A program made the position numbers and the translations under genes. A stretch of DNA of 64,000 nucleotides from a virus: IMG/VR virus record IMGVR_UViG_3300009183_000080, positions 7,433 to 71,432 of that record, one strand, 5' to 3'. How positions within the stretch are numbered: the first letter of the stretch is position 1; each line of letters begins with the position of its first letter. The notes below the pieces were generated by a model. The model saw only the letters and a program-made list of their open reading frames with translations, was not told the origin of the DNA and did no database searches. This document shows positions 29,523 through 39,781 of this stretch, piece by piece.

Positions 29523-29968
29523 TAGTCAGCCCCGCTTTGGTTTTCTGTTCTTCGTAAAACAACCTTGTAGTAATCTATTGTACCAAAAGGGTTTACAACT
29601 GGATCGTAGGTAGCAATTTCATAAATTGTACCTTTTCCAGAACGTTCTCCAGAAGTTTCTTGATATATAAGTTCATCCATACTGTTTCTTATGTTTGTAA
29701 TAATAATGTTTGTAAGTGAGTTATTTTCTTTATTTGTTGACTTACGAATGTCATTTTTAATTCTTCCAATAAGCATATTTTCATTTTTTGTAAAAACCTT
29801 TGCCTTAATATCTTCTGCTAATGCAGTTCCTCCTGAAGTAAAATTAACAATAACGCTTTTGTCAAAAATCCAATTCTTTAAACCAGATCCATACATATCA
29901 CGTTGAATAGTTGGATAGTATATGTCTGCAATCATTGGATACAAAAAATCTGTTGCTTCGCATGACAT
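29522..29968 (-). CDS. Head closure (stopper) protein
   Basis: Synteny and size (148 aa) after the adaptor. Confidence 0.55.
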   Translation of the reverse strand: MSCEATDFLYPMIADIYYPTIQRDMYGSGLKNWIFDKSVIVNFTSGGTALAEDIKAKVFTKNENMLIGRIKNDIRKSTNKENNSLTNIIITNIRNSMDELIYQETSGERSGKGTIYEIATYDPVVNPFGTIDYYKVVLRRTENQSGAD

Positions 29969-30891
29969 TACAATACTCCGATTTTAACTCTGGAATCCGA
30001 TATATATTTTGAAAGAATTTTATCAACTAAAAGATTTCCAGTACCATCTAGTATTGATTTATGGAATTGAAGTTTAAATTGATCTGTATTATAAGTAGTT
30101 ACATATCTCTTATAGTAATCTAATTTTCCACAACGAATATCATCCATAAGCATTAATGTTGCTTCTTTAATATCAAGAGGTACTACTTTATATCCCGTTT
30201 CTAAAACAAAAGTAAAGTCTGATTGGTTATCAAAAGAATTACCATAACCAATTGGTCCAAGCCAATCTGATTGAGCAGTTGGCAAAAATAATGGAGCCTG
30301 TTCTGATCTGTTATATTCTCCTGGTACATCTTTAATAATTGCAGTACCATTATCACTTAATTTATAGGTAATTCCAAAAATTGCAGGAGTTGTTAAACTG
30401 CTGTCATACCAAAGAATGTTATCTTGATATACTTTTAAAACTTTATGACTTCTATAATTGAGTGGAACATAATCAGTTCCAAGTCCTACGTGCTCGGTTG
30501 TTTTCTTTTTATAATAAAATCCTTCTTGGAGAACTGCATCAATAATAGATCTGGCTAAAAATTCTTGTTTTTTATACTCTGCAATTTCAGTTGCTGTTGT
30601 TGCTAAATCATTTGGATCGGCATATGGTCTGTAAATTTCAAGACCATCTTGAACAACTATGTCAGCGCCTGATCCGCTTTCTACTTCATAGATTGTGAGG
30701 GTATAAGATCCATCATATTTTACGTAATCGTCATCTAAAACATAAGATATTTTTTTGTTGGCATTTGAAGTAACTTCTTCTTCAATTTCTGTAAAACCTG
30801 GACCTTCGATAACCAATAAGTAGTCAGCATAGGCATTTGGAACATCATAGGTAATAGTGATTGGGTATGGCGGAAGTCTCAGTACTTGCAT
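29968..30891 (-). CDS. Head-to-tail adaptor
   Basis: GYKVVPLDIKEATLML and TGNLLVDKILSKY, SPP1 gp15-like C-terminal motifs. Confidence 0.75.
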   Translation of the reverse strand: MQVLRLPPYPITITYDVPNAYADYLLVIEGPGFTEIEEEVTSNANKKISYVLDDDYVKYDGSYTLTIYEVESGSGADIVVQDGLEIYRPYADPNDLATTATEIAEYKKQEFLARSIIDAVLQEGFYYKKKTTEHVGLGTDYVPLNYRSHKVLKVYQDNILWYDSSLTTPAIFGITYKLSDNGTAIIKDVPGEYNRSEQAPLFLPTAQSDWLGPIGYGNSFDNQSDFTFVLETGYKVVPLDIKEATLMLMDDIRCGKLDYYKRYVTTYNTDQFKLQFHKSILDGTGNLLVDKILSKYISDSRVKIGVL

Positions 30892-31115
30892 TATTTAATA
30901 CCGTAGTGCTTTGCAAGTTCTAAAGCGCTAGCCTCTCTAACTGATTTGTGTTGTAGGTATATATCAATAAATTCTGTTTTAACAATATTATAGCCTTGAT
31001 CTATGTGTCCATATTTATCAAAATAAAGGTTTTTATCAGAGTAAATTACTGCCTGACTGTTTTGTTCTTTTACTTCAACAATCTTTTCTGGTGTTATTTT
31101 TTTTACAGTTGACAT
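30891..31115 (-). CDS. Small hypothetical (head-associated) protein
   Basis: 74 aa after the capsid gene, with its own promoter and RBS AAGGAG. Confidence 0.6.
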   Translation of the reverse strand: MSTVKKITPEKIVEVKEQNSQAVIYSDKNLYFDKYGHIDQGYNIVKTEFIDIYLQHKSVREASALELAKHYGIK

Positions 31116-31150
31116 TTTACTCCTTTGTTATTATTATATCAGATCTAATC

Positions 31151-31179
31151 AAAAAGGGCAGAGGTTCAATCCCCTGCCC
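31151..31179 (-). terminator. Intrinsic terminator after the major capsid gene
   Basis: Minus strand GGGCAG-gggattgaacct-CTGCCC-TTTTT. Confidence 0.75.
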
Positions 31180-31197
31180 AAATTGATTTTTAACTAA

Positions 31198-32322
31198 TTA
31201 AGCAGAAGCAGCAATGTCCTTGTAGGCAATTGCATCTTCTTCTTCAATTTGAACACCAAAACGTACGAATACGGTGTATTCAATTGTGTCTTTCTTTGGA
31301 ACATATTGACGATTGACGGTAATATCCCGTTGGAATCCCCAAATACGGTTCTGTGGGAAAGTAAGATCGCAATAATCTGCTGGGTAGTAAGGAACTTCCA
31401 TTACGTCAACGCCAAGTACACGAGTGGTACGGGCTCCTCCGAATGTCTGTCCTACGCCATCAAGATAGTCTTGACGATTTGCTTGTGTGCTACCGTTACG
31501 GCTTGAAAAAGCCTCAGAAATAGCATCTGCAAGGGTACCGTTATTTTTAACGATACTCTGGAATACATCTGTACCTGCATAGAACTTAAGATTGTTCTTA
31601 AGTGCACGATACTTACGTGGCATTGCATTGATAATGCCTTGCATAACTGGAGTTGTCCAGTTATCTGATACAACTGCTGGAAGAACTGAATCGTGTGCTT
31701 GACCCGCTCCGCTTCCTGTTGTAGTTTTCTTAACAAAGCCTTCCATAATAGAAAGGAATGATCCTGTTGAACCATCTCCGTTAATAGCCAAATCTTCGAT
31801 ATCATTACCGAATGCATTGGTCATCAAACGAACAAGATGATCTTCAAGAGCAGCACCTTCAATATTATCTTCTAGACCTTCTGATGTAACTTCCCAATCA
31901 AGACGAATCTTTTTGGTTGTTAATTCTACTTTAGAAAAAGTAGCACCAGCGTTTGTATATGCACCACTGCCTTGAGCAGCAGCACGAATTACACGCTCAC
32001 CAACGTTAACTTTTTCAAGTTCCATTGTATTTGCTCGCATTGTAACTCTACGTCCGTCTTTTGCAAGAACAGTTGCGTCCCAAACATAGTCAATAAATTG
32101 ACGAGCCTGCTCAGGTCGTAGAATTCCACTACCTGCTGCACCCGAAGGATTTACAGCGTTTGCTCCGGTTGTGATTCCGGAAAGAGCGGTAGGAATATTT
32201 CCTATAACTCCTAATGCTGGAGTTGTTACTCCACCAATTCCACCGGAGGCAAATCCACCCTCAGCGTTATAAGCGCCTGGTACGGAAACTCCTGGTTGAT
32301 TTTTAATGATTTCTTCTGACAT
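31198..32322 (-). CDS. Major capsid protein (HK97 fold)
   Basis: GILRPEQARQFID, LEDNIEG, DIEDLAINGD motifs; ATG 32322 preceded by GGAGGTG. Confidence 0.92.
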   Translation of the reverse strand: MSEEIIKNQPGVSVPGAYNAEGGFASGGIGGVTTPALGVIGNIPTALSGITTGANAVNPSGAAGSGILRPEQARQFIDYVWDATVLAKDGRRVTMRANTMELEKVNVGERVIRAAAQGSGAYTNAGATFSKVELTTKKIRLDWEVTSEGLEDNIEGAALEDHLVRLMTNAFGNDIEDLAINGDGSTGSFLSIMEGFVKKTTTGSGAGQAHDSVLPAVVSDNWTTPVMQGIINAMPRKYRALKNNLKFYAGTDVFQSIVKNNGTLADAISEAFSSRNGSTQANRQDYLDGVGQTFGGARTTRVLGVDVMEVPYYPADYCDLTFPQNRIWGFQRDITVNRQYVPKKDTIEYTVFVRFGVQIEEEDAIAYKDIAASA

Positions 32323-32345
32323 ATTGTTCACCTCCAAGTGAATTT

Positions 32346-32882
32346 TTACTTAAATAGGTCGGATTCTGTGAGGAAACGTCCGCCCCATATTGATTTTTGA
32401 ACCATTTCTGGCTCCTGAACAATCTCACCGAGATCGCCAGACTTGCGGAAAGCGGTGTCTTGCTCTACAGCATCCACTCTCTTTCCAAATACATCGTAAG
32501 AATCCTTAACTTCTTTAACCTCACCGGAAATGTTTTGGATTGACTTACTTAGATCAGCAATTTGAGTCTGTAGGTTTAGTACAGTCTCTTCATTTAATGA
32601 TTTAACCATTGCTGTTAGATCGCCAAAGGCATTAGCAAGAGTATTCTTGATTTCAGCAATTGCATCAACTGCAGTGTCATCAGACTTAGCGATCTCTTCT
32701 GTTTTTTCAACAGTCTCGACAACTTCTTCTGATTTAACAATCTCAGTTTGAACAACTGCTTCATTTGTTTCAACTGCAACAGTTTCTGCAACTTCAGCAT
32801 CTACGCTTTTAGTTACAACTGTCTCAGTTGCCTCTGGTACGACCTCAACATTATCAACAACGTTTGTTGTCTCTTCTGTCAT
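32346..32882 (-). CDS. Nested in-frame scaffolding protein (internal start)
   Basis: Strong RBS AAGGAGGT 7 nt before the in-frame ATG of MTEETT inside the protease gene. Confidence 0.65.
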   Translation of the reverse strand: MTEETTNVVDNVEVVPEATETVVTKSVDAEVAETVAVETNEAVVQTEIVKSEEVVETVEKTEEIAKSDDTAVDAIAEIKNTLANAFGDLTAMVKSLNEETVLNLQTQIADLSKSIQNISGEVKEVKDSYDVFGKRVDAVEQDTAFRKSGDLGEIVQEPEMVQKSIWGGRFLTESDLFK

Positions 32883-33644
32883 AGGACTTACCTCCTTTTG
32901 CATCTTAATTGCACTAATGCCTTTTGCACTATCAACTAAGAACTTTATCATTTTATCTTTGTCTGTATCAGACTTTTCAACAAAACCTATATTTTTCATT
33001 TGACTTCCGCTTGTAGGACTTAATTCAAAATCATTTTCTGAAATCATAATTAATCCAGACTCTTTATCCCAAAAAACATTTTCTACTGCTAGGTCAGCAA
33101 TATCGCCTTTCATAACGTTTATTCCATCAACTTTTTCAATTGATACAACACTAGCAAATTGATTTGCTGGGCTATCAACAAGGGACAGTTCAAATAAATC
33201 ATAATCTTTAATAATTCTAATTGGGCGATCTACTTTTTCATCATATCCATCATCCCATTTATTCATAATTCCACCAATTGAAAATCCAGAAAGAGTGCCA
33301 TCTAAAACCTTTTCCCAAGTGTTTTGCGCTCCTTTTGAAACGTAAGCAGAAACAAAAACTCCTGAGTAAAACTTTTTTGAGTCGGCATCAAAGTACTTAT
33401 CTTCTTTAAATGAAACCATCTTACCAACTGCAGATGGTTGATGCATTTCTCTTATGTTTCCTTTAAACGCAGCAAATGCTTTTATGCTTGCATCGCTTGT
33501 TACAATGTCATTTTGTTTGTCTAAATTATCAAGAGTTGCAAATCCCGAAACAATTCTGCGCTCTTGATCAATCTTTGAGATTGGCATAGACAATCTAAGA
33601 TTGTTGCCATCCGATTTCCAATGCGCTTTATTAATGATATCCAT
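32346..33644 (-). CDS. Prohead protease fused to scaffold
   Basis: RIVSGFAT...DKQND...IREMH...GFSIGG...ELSLVDSPAN (HK97-type protease) followed by an acidic coiled-coil region. Confidence 0.9.
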   Translation of the reverse strand: MDIINKAHWKSDGNNLRLSMPISKIDQERRIVSGFATLDNLDKQNDIVTSDASIKAFAAFKGNIREMHQPSAVGKMVSFKEDKYFDADSKKFYSGVFVSAYVSKGAQNTWEKVLDGTLSGFSIGGIMNKWDDGYDEKVDRPIRIIKDYDLFELSLVDSPANQFASVVSIEKVDGINVMKGDIADLAVENVFWDKESGLIMISENDFELSPTSGSQMKNIGFVEKSDTDKDKMIKFLVDSAKGISAIKMQKEVSPMTEETTNVVDNVEVVPEATETVVTKSVDAEVAETVAVETNEAVVQTEIVKSEEVVETVEKTEEIAKSDDTAVDAIAEIKNTLANAFGDLTAMVKSLNEETVLNLQTQIADLSKSIQNISGEVKEVKDSYDVFGKRVDAVEQDTAFRKSGDLGEIVQEPEMVQKSIWGGRFLTESDLFK

Positions 33645-33681
33645 ATCCTTACTATTATACCAACTATTTTAATACTTTTTA

Positions 33682-35289
33682 TTACTTAGAAGATCTGCCT
33701 TCGCCTTGTGCATTTCTTCCAGAAATTGTGGATGGGCTATCAGAATTATTGTTTGCTCTTTGTGAATCTCTTTCTCTATTCCCTGCTAAATTTGCTCTAG
33801 CATCTGTTTCTTGTCTTGGACTCATTTCAAATGGAGTGTCTCCATCTTTAATCATTGGCAATCCAAGTTTCTCTCTTGCTTCATTTGGCATCATTACTTG
33901 GGTCTTAACATACCGTTCAAGAATTTGAGACTGAGAAATTTCATCAGTAAGCGTAAGTTCGTTAAATTTAAGTTCAAGAATGTCGGTTTTTTCACGAATA
34001 ATTTTGTTAATTAGTTTTGATATTTCGTTTTGTGCTGGACGAGAAACCTGTTCTTTAAATGTACGATCTTGTGCAAGTGCGTTGGCAATTGATCCAGAAT
34101 CTCCACCACCTAATTTAGACAATGGAACCTGATGGGCCACTAGAATATCATTTCTATTTTGAAGCCTATACTCTTTAAAAGATCCTTCTTGAACACCATT
34201 TTCAATTGGCTTCATATCAAATTCAACTTTATTATTTTCAGTATCTCCTGGAAGTGGAATATACAGGGTTCTGTGAGACTGACCTTTTAAACCAGTTTGT
34301 AAGAATCTAAACATTTTGTCTTCTGCGTCTGCACTTAACTTGGCACCTTTAAGTGTAATGATATATCTTGGAACTGCCTTGTTCTCAAAATAATCAATAT
34401 TGTAATTTGATGCAAGTTGATCACCAATAAGTGAAGAAAGGGCTGAAATAATATCTGGAACTCCATAAAAAGTATTTAATGGAGAGTATTGTTTAAAATG
34501 AATAACTTCATTTGGTCTTGTGTCTGTTGTTACTGGGTTTTGATTCTTTGCCCCAAAATTTCTAAAATATGTAACTGCTGGCTGGATAATCTGAACATAT
34601 CCGTCATTTAATCTGCGAACACGCATTGTTGTTGATGGAATGTGACCAATGTAACCAATTTCTCCTGTTACTTTACGACCAACTTCCATGTATCCGTTTC
34701 CAGTTGCCTGAACATCTACATAAATTTTTTCCATAATTTTTGTAAAACTATCATCATCGTTAAGATTTTCTAACCAATCACGCATTTCAATCTTTGCTCT
34801 TTCAATCCTTTTGCGAGCACGGCCAAGAGAGTTTTCGTCCTCAACGTTTTCAAGTTTTAGCATGGTACGTGAAGAAACAACAAAATCATAACCAAGACCA
34901 ACAACGTTTTCTACTTTAGCGTCAATTGCTGCGTGGTTTGCAAAAGATGTATCGTAAAAATTTGCTAATTCATAAAGGTTGTAAGGAGGTGTAATTACAT
35001 CAAAAAGCCCATAACCATTTCTAACTGCTGTTCCTGGATTGATGGCTTTTGATTTTGTGTTATCTGTACCAGACTGAACTGCATTTGCGCTATCTAAATA
35101 TGCGGAAGTTGGATCTACTGCCTTGCCAAGAGTACGAGCAGTGCGCCTTTTAAAATTTTGATCAAGATTGTTTAAATTTTTAATAAAATCCCAGTTTTTA
35201 TTAAAAGGATCGTTCTTTTTAAATTCATCCTCTTTGTCTGCAAGATTATCAATACTTGCTCCAAGATAGTACTCTTCTTCATCAATCAT
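33682..35289 (-). CDS. Portal protein
   Basis: PPYN, HAAIDAKV, TGNGYMEV, EVIHFK...YGVPD, YFENKAVP, PNEARE motifs (PBSX/HK97-type portal). Confidence 0.93.
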   Translation of the reverse strand: MIDEEEYYLGASIDNLADKEDEFKKNDPFNKNWDFIKNLNNLDQNFKRRTARTLGKAVDPTSAYLDSANAVQSGTDNTKSKAINPGTAVRNGYGLFDVITPPYNLYELANFYDTSFANHAAIDAKVENVVGLGYDFVVSSRTMLKLENVEDENSLGRARKRIERAKIEMRDWLENLNDDDSFTKIMEKIYVDVQATGNGYMEVGRKVTGEIGYIGHIPSTTMRVRRLNDGYVQIIQPAVTYFRNFGAKNQNPVTTDTRPNEVIHFKQYSPLNTFYGVPDIISALSSLIGDQLASNYNIDYFENKAVPRYIITLKGAKLSADAEDKMFRFLQTGLKGQSHRTLYIPLPGDTENNKVEFDMKPIENGVQEGSFKEYRLQNRNDILVAHQVPLSKLGGGDSGSIANALAQDRTFKEQVSRPAQNEISKLINKIIREKTDILELKFNELTLTDEISQSQILERYVKTQVMMPNEAREKLGLPMIKDGDTPFEMSPRQETDARANLAGNRERDSQRANNNSDSPSTISGRNAQGEGRSSK

Positions 35290-35650
35290 CGGAACCATGC
35301 TCCTTTATTGTTTGCTGTGCTGCATGAACTGCGCCCAAATCATTCATATTGGGAATAAGTCCTTCTTTCATTCTGGCAATCTGTTCGGAGTATTCCATCT
35401 CACTTACACGGCTTACACCAGGATGAAAAACTGGTTTTCCTTCTGGCTGACCCCAATATTCTGCTGCTTTGCGTAATTCCATAATCTTTTCAAGATCACC
35501 TTTACGTGCAGGAATGTTTAAAAGGTTTCCGTGACCATCTCCAAAGACCTTGCCGTTGGGTTTTTCCCAAAAATATAAACCCCAGTCATAGTTTTTTTCA
35601 ATAAGTTTGATCTTGGACTTACCAACTTCTCCTGGTTTTTTCTCTCTCAT
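35282..35650 (-). CDS. Conserved hypothetical protein upstream of portal
   Basis: ORF overlapping the portal start; probable leaderless start MREKK 7 nt after TGGTATACT. Confidence 0.65.
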   Translation of the reverse strand: MREKKPGEVGKSKIKLIEKNYDWGLYFWEKPNGKVFGDGHGNLLNIPARKGDLEKIMELRKAAEYWGQPEGKPVFHPGVSRVSEMEYSEQIARMKEGLIPNMNDLGAVHAAQQTIKEHGSDD

Positions 35651-35668
35651 AACCATTAGTATACCATA

Positions 35669-38600
35669 TTATGCTACGGTTGATATAGAACTTTGCCAAA
35701 TGGCGTCTTTAAATACTTTCAAATAGTCAGTCTCCATATAAATACCTTCATTGTCATCTATAATAATTTTATTTGTTCCAACATAATTTTTATATACTTC
35801 TCCAGCATTAACAATATACCTGCTGTCTCTACTTTTAACTAAAACGCTATCCCAATTTGAATTGTCCCATACGTTCCAATTTTGACCATCTACTTCTCCC
35901 CAATTTCTAAACAAAACTTGCTGTTCAAGTTGTGAATTAGTACCTTTATAAAAAGATATGTTGTTAAAAGTCATTAGATGCTTTAAGTTTATTTTTCCAT
36001 TATAAGAGTTTAGGCCTAAGTTAACTGGGAAAGATATACCTAAAACAGTCCATCTTTGAATTGATATAGTTGGCTCTGTTACATAAAGTCCATTTAAATA
36101 ATAAGATAATTCTGTAAACGGCAGGTCATCCGATTTTGTTTTAGCAAAAATAGTTGCTCTATCTGCATTTGATGAATTAGCCTGAATATAAAACTCAATA
36201 GTGTCACCTGCATACTCTATTTCAAACATTAAAACTGGATCTTCAGGAAATGCCCATAGGTCTGACCTGATAAACATTTGAATAGCACTTAAAGAATACT
36301 TAATGTCTAAACCTGGATTAATGTCAATACTTAACCCACGATTTAAATTGTTTAGTCCATCTCTTAATTCAATCCCGCTTTTTCTTGTAAGGTATAGGTA
36401 TGGAACGCTTTCTTTGTCAATAACATATGGATTAAATCCTTTATAATCAGGGATACCACTTGCTAACTTGTATGGAACCAAGTCTATTGCATATCTACTT
36501 TTTATTGGATTTGAATCATTTGCATTTAAACTTTTTGCTGCAAATTCTATTTTTCTTAAAGAAAGTTTATTATGTAATATACCAAATACTTTAAACCTAA
36601 TAGAATAAACCATTGATATAGTGTTAAAGTCAATATCTTTTGATGGATAGATTAAATAATTGTCAACAATCTCAAACCTTTCAGTCTGCCAATCTGCCTC
36701 AGTATTTAAATTTAATATTCTTTTCTTAATTGCTGGATTTGTTGTTGCATAGTCTGCGTCTGCTTGTGTAATTCCTTGAGAAATATCTTGAAAAGTAACA
36801 TATACTCTTACGTTTGAATTGTTAGTATTTAATGAATCAGAATTGTCTACCCAGTAGGTGTCTCCTTCTTCTTTTACTTCAGATGGTACTGGATAGTCAA
36901 TATTAAACTGAATAAAATCAATATCTGTTATAGTTTCTTCATCTTCATCTAAAACATCTTTTGCAAGTACTGATAATGGAATGTAGTCTTCCCAGTATCC
37001 AAAAACCGAAATATCAATAAAAAACTTTCCATAATCTTCAAAAGAAAATAGAGTATAACTAGAAACATGATCAATAATAGAGTTTGAAAAATTAAAAGTG
37101 CCGTCATCATAAAAATATGAGTCTAAAGTAAAAGATGTATGTTTATATGTGTTAATTCCAACGCTATATATATTGCCAGTAAACATATTTTCTTTATTTG
37201 GTTGGCTTCCAATGTATAGTTTTAATGATCCTGGATTTGCAAAAAATTGAGCAAGACCACCTGTTGTATTGTTTGCAATTAGTTTTGAAATTTGAATTCC
37301 GGCAGTAAAAATTCCAACGGGACAAGTATGTGATCTAATTGTAGTTGAAACTCCAGCATAAGTAAAAACATAATTTAGTAGAGTAGATTCTTTTTTGATG
37401 GCAAAACTGTTTACTCCGTCTGTTATATATAAAAACATAGCGTTTTGATTTTCTTCTAATTTAAATGTTCCAATAATAGAATCTATGGTGTTTGAAATAA
37501 ATGAAAGACTTTCAAAATATATATAAGAATCAGTTCCCCAAGTTCCAGATGGCTTCAAACTAAAAAATTTAGATCCTGTAGTTTGAATTAATTTATTGGC
37601 AGCCTCTAGTTCAGTTATGGTTTTATTGTCAGACAAAATAAAATTAGGCAATTCATAATCCGGAGTTTTAAGTGTTGATATTCCAGGAATTAAGTTATCT
37701 TCAATTCCAGAATCCCAAGATCTTGTAGTTGGATATGTTATGTTATTGCTATATTCTGCAAATGGATAGTCTATCTCTACTGTTAATCCACCATAATAAT
37801 TATCTATAATTTCTGGTGTTGTTGGAATACCTTGACCTAAAATATAATGAATTTTTGCTGCATTTGTTGAAATAGAGTATGGATATAAAGAAATGCAATC
37901 AATCTTAATTTGATCCACATATTCTGCATATGCATAAAAAGCAATCCAGTCATTACTTTTACTTGTTTCTAATTCATCATATTGTGAAGGAAGATTCATT
38001 AATGATGTATTAATTACCAAAGATCCAACTTCTTCGCCATTAACCAAAAGAGTTGCTTGATTTTTAATAAGTTTAATGTGAACAAGCATTGGTCTATACC
38101 ATTCACCAACAAAATGTGAAACAAAATCGCCATCAATTACTAAAGTTAAAAAACAATCTTTTACATATAAACCATCTGTTGATCCCATTGGTCCCAAAAT
38201 TCTTTTTGCATCTGACGTATTTACGTCTGCCTGTAGCCAAACCTCCAAAGTATAGTCATTGTGTCTGCCAGATTCGTTTAAAAATCCATACCCTGGAAAA
38301 ATAAAAGATGGTTGAGTATTTGCAATTAAATCTGCTTCATCTACAAAATAATTTATATCTGTCCAAGAATCTTCTGTATTTTTCCAATAAGACCAACTTT
38401 CTTCAGCAACCTGTTCCCAAGTTCTATAATCAATTATTTCTGAGTGTGGAATTAACTGAACTGCTCTGTCTGATCCATAAACAAGCGGTACACCAAAATT
38501 TTTACCAGCCAAAGAATTATTGTCAACAACATAATATCCGCTATTTGCATTAAGACCATAAGCGTCTGCTTCAACAACTCCATCTAAAGATAAATTAATA

Positions 38601-39235
38601 GTTGCTGGACTTGAAAGTTTTGTTTGACCTAATGATATTGCATTAAACTCTTCGCTATGTTGACCTGCAGTAATTCCATTAAAATGAATATTATAGTCTG
38701 CAATGGTTGCTCCTCCTGGAGATGAAACAACTTTTATAACAAATTTAAATTCTTTATCAAGATCTGGAAAAGTAAATGTTGCTGTAATTGGAGTCCAAAC
38801 TTGTGATTCAATGACTGTAAAATCTTTAAACTCTGATCCTCCATCATACTCATATCCAATAGATATTGAAACAATGTTTGCACTTGCTGTATAGTAGTAT
38901 GTGCTTAAAGCAAAGGTTTGTAGTGTAGGATTTAAAGATTGAAAATTTACTAGGTTTGCACTTTTTATATAAGATGTCGTATTTGAAGGTGCAACAGGAA
39001 GCGTAGATCTAAAAACTTTACGATAACTATTTGGAAAAGGCTCAACTTGGTTTTCTGAATTAATCTGTGGAGTTGACCCAGTAATGACTGTTCCACTTGT
39101 TTTAGTCCAAGTATTAATATCTCTTTGTGCTTCTGATATTAAAGATATGTAGTCTGCGGAATCATCTAATGGCCAAATTGCAAGCGGATGCTCAGCAAAA
39201 ATTTTCTCGGCATATAAATTAGAAGGAATATTCAT
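35669..39235 (-). CDS. Large virion structural protein with LamG / concanavalin A-like domains
   Basis: AEHPLAIWPLDD start; YTLEVW...EWYRPMLVHI...LLVNGEEV LamG pattern. Confidence 0.7.
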   Translation of the reverse strand: MNIPSNLYAEKIFAEHPLAIWPLDDSADYISLISEAQRDINTWTKTSGTVITGSTPQINSENQVEPFPNSYRKVFRSTLPVAPSNTTSYIKSANLVNFQSLNPTLQTFALSTYYYTASANIVSISIGYEYDGGSEFKDFTVIESQVWTPITATFTFPDLDKEFKFVIKVVSSPGGATIADYNIHFNGITAGQHSEEFNAISLGQTKLSSPATINLSLDGVVEADAYGLNANSGYYVVDNNSLAGKNFGVPLVYGSDRAVQLIPHSEIIDYRTWEQVAEESWSYWKNTEDSWTDINYFVDEADLIANTQPSFIFPGYGFLNESGRHNDYTLEVWLQADVNTSDAKRILGPMGSTDGLYVKDCFLTLVIDGDFVSHFVGEWYRPMLVHIKLIKNQATLLVNGEEVGSLVINTSLMNLPSQYDELETSKSNDWIAFYAYAEYVDQIKIDCISLYPYSISTNAAKIHYILGQGIPTTPEIIDNYYGGLTVEIDYPFAEYSNNITYPTTRSWDSGIEDNLIPGISTLKTPDYELPNFILSDNKTITELEAANKLIQTTGSKFFSLKPSGTWGTDSYIYFESLSFISNTIDSIIGTFKLEENQNAMFLYITDGVNSFAIKKESTLLNYVFTYAGVSTTIRSHTCPVGIFTAGIQISKLIANNTTGGLAQFFANPGSLKLYIGSQPNKENMFTGNIYSVGINTYKHTSFTLDSYFYDDGTFNFSNSIIDHVSSYTLFSFEDYGKFFIDISVFGYWEDYIPLSVLAKDVLDEDEETITDIDFIQFNIDYPVPSEVKEEGDTYWVDNSDSLNTNNSNVRVYVTFQDISQGITQADADYATTNPAIKKRILNLNTEADWQTERFEIVDNYLIYPSKDIDFNTISMVYSIRFKVFGILHNKLSLRKIEFAAKSLNANDSNPIKSRYAIDLVPYKLASGIPDYKGFNPYVIDKESVPYLYLTRKSGIELRDGLNNLNRGLSIDINPGLDIKYSLSAIQMFIRSDLWAFPEDPVLMFEIEYAGDTIEFYIQANSSNADRATIFAKTKSDDLPFTELSYYLNGLYVTEPTISIQRWTVLGISFPVNLGLNSYNGKINLKHLMTFNNISFYKGTNSQLEQQVLFRNWGEVDGQNWNVWDNSNWDSVLVKSRDSRYIVNAGEVYKNYVGTNKIIIDDNEGIYMETDYLKVFKDAIWQSSISTVA

Positions 39236-39250
39236 TATTAGTCTATTTTA

Positions 39251-39781
39251 TCATACAATGCGGGTAAACCATCTTGGTAATGTGTATCTATTAGTTCCTG
39301 TGACAGTTTTTACTCCGTGAACAAAATCTGGTGTGTCTGGAAAACATACTAAATCTCCTGCCTCTGGTTTAATTATAATTTCTAACTCTGGAAAATAAAT
39401 CTCACCGCCAGAATAATTATCATTTATGTATATAAGGCAAGCAATATCATTTGTTCTAGTGACATCAAAATGCTCATGCATAGATGCACCAACTTCAAAT
39501 CTAGCAATATGATTTAAATTTGAAACATAATTTACAAATGGTCCAGGATAATTTTCTAATACAAAATCATAAACTTTTTTTTGATACTCATTTAAAATTA
39601 AAAATTCTTCAGAAACATCTGATTTTGCAATACCAGAATGAAATGCTTTAAATTCTTTTTTTGTATTTCCAAATTCTGTAAACTCTGAATCAACGCTTAA
39701 TGCAAAATTATATAGCATACTAGAAACTTCTTTTGGCATAAAAGTTTTTATATGCTTTATTTTAGATAAACGATCTTCCAT
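39251..39781 (-). CDS. 2OG-Fe(II) oxygenase (prolyl 4-hydroxylase-like)
   Basis: HFD (HxD), YINDNYSGGEIYF, HGV, RYT motifs. Confidence 0.9.
   Translation of the reverse strand: MEDRLSKIKHIKTFMPKEVSSMLYNFALSVDSEFTEFGNTKKEFKAFHSGIAKSDVSEEFLILNEYQKKVYDFVLENYPGPFVNYVSNLNHIARFEVGASMHEHFDVTRTNDIACLIYINDNYSGGEIYFPELEIIIKPEAGDLVCFPDTPDFVHGVKTVTGTNRYTLPRWFTRIV

Noticed and set aside
33682-39235. Terminase expected beside the portal
   Set aside because: No terminase ATPase or nuclease motifs in the neighbouring ORFs; it probably lies outside the window, so absence is not treated as a finding.
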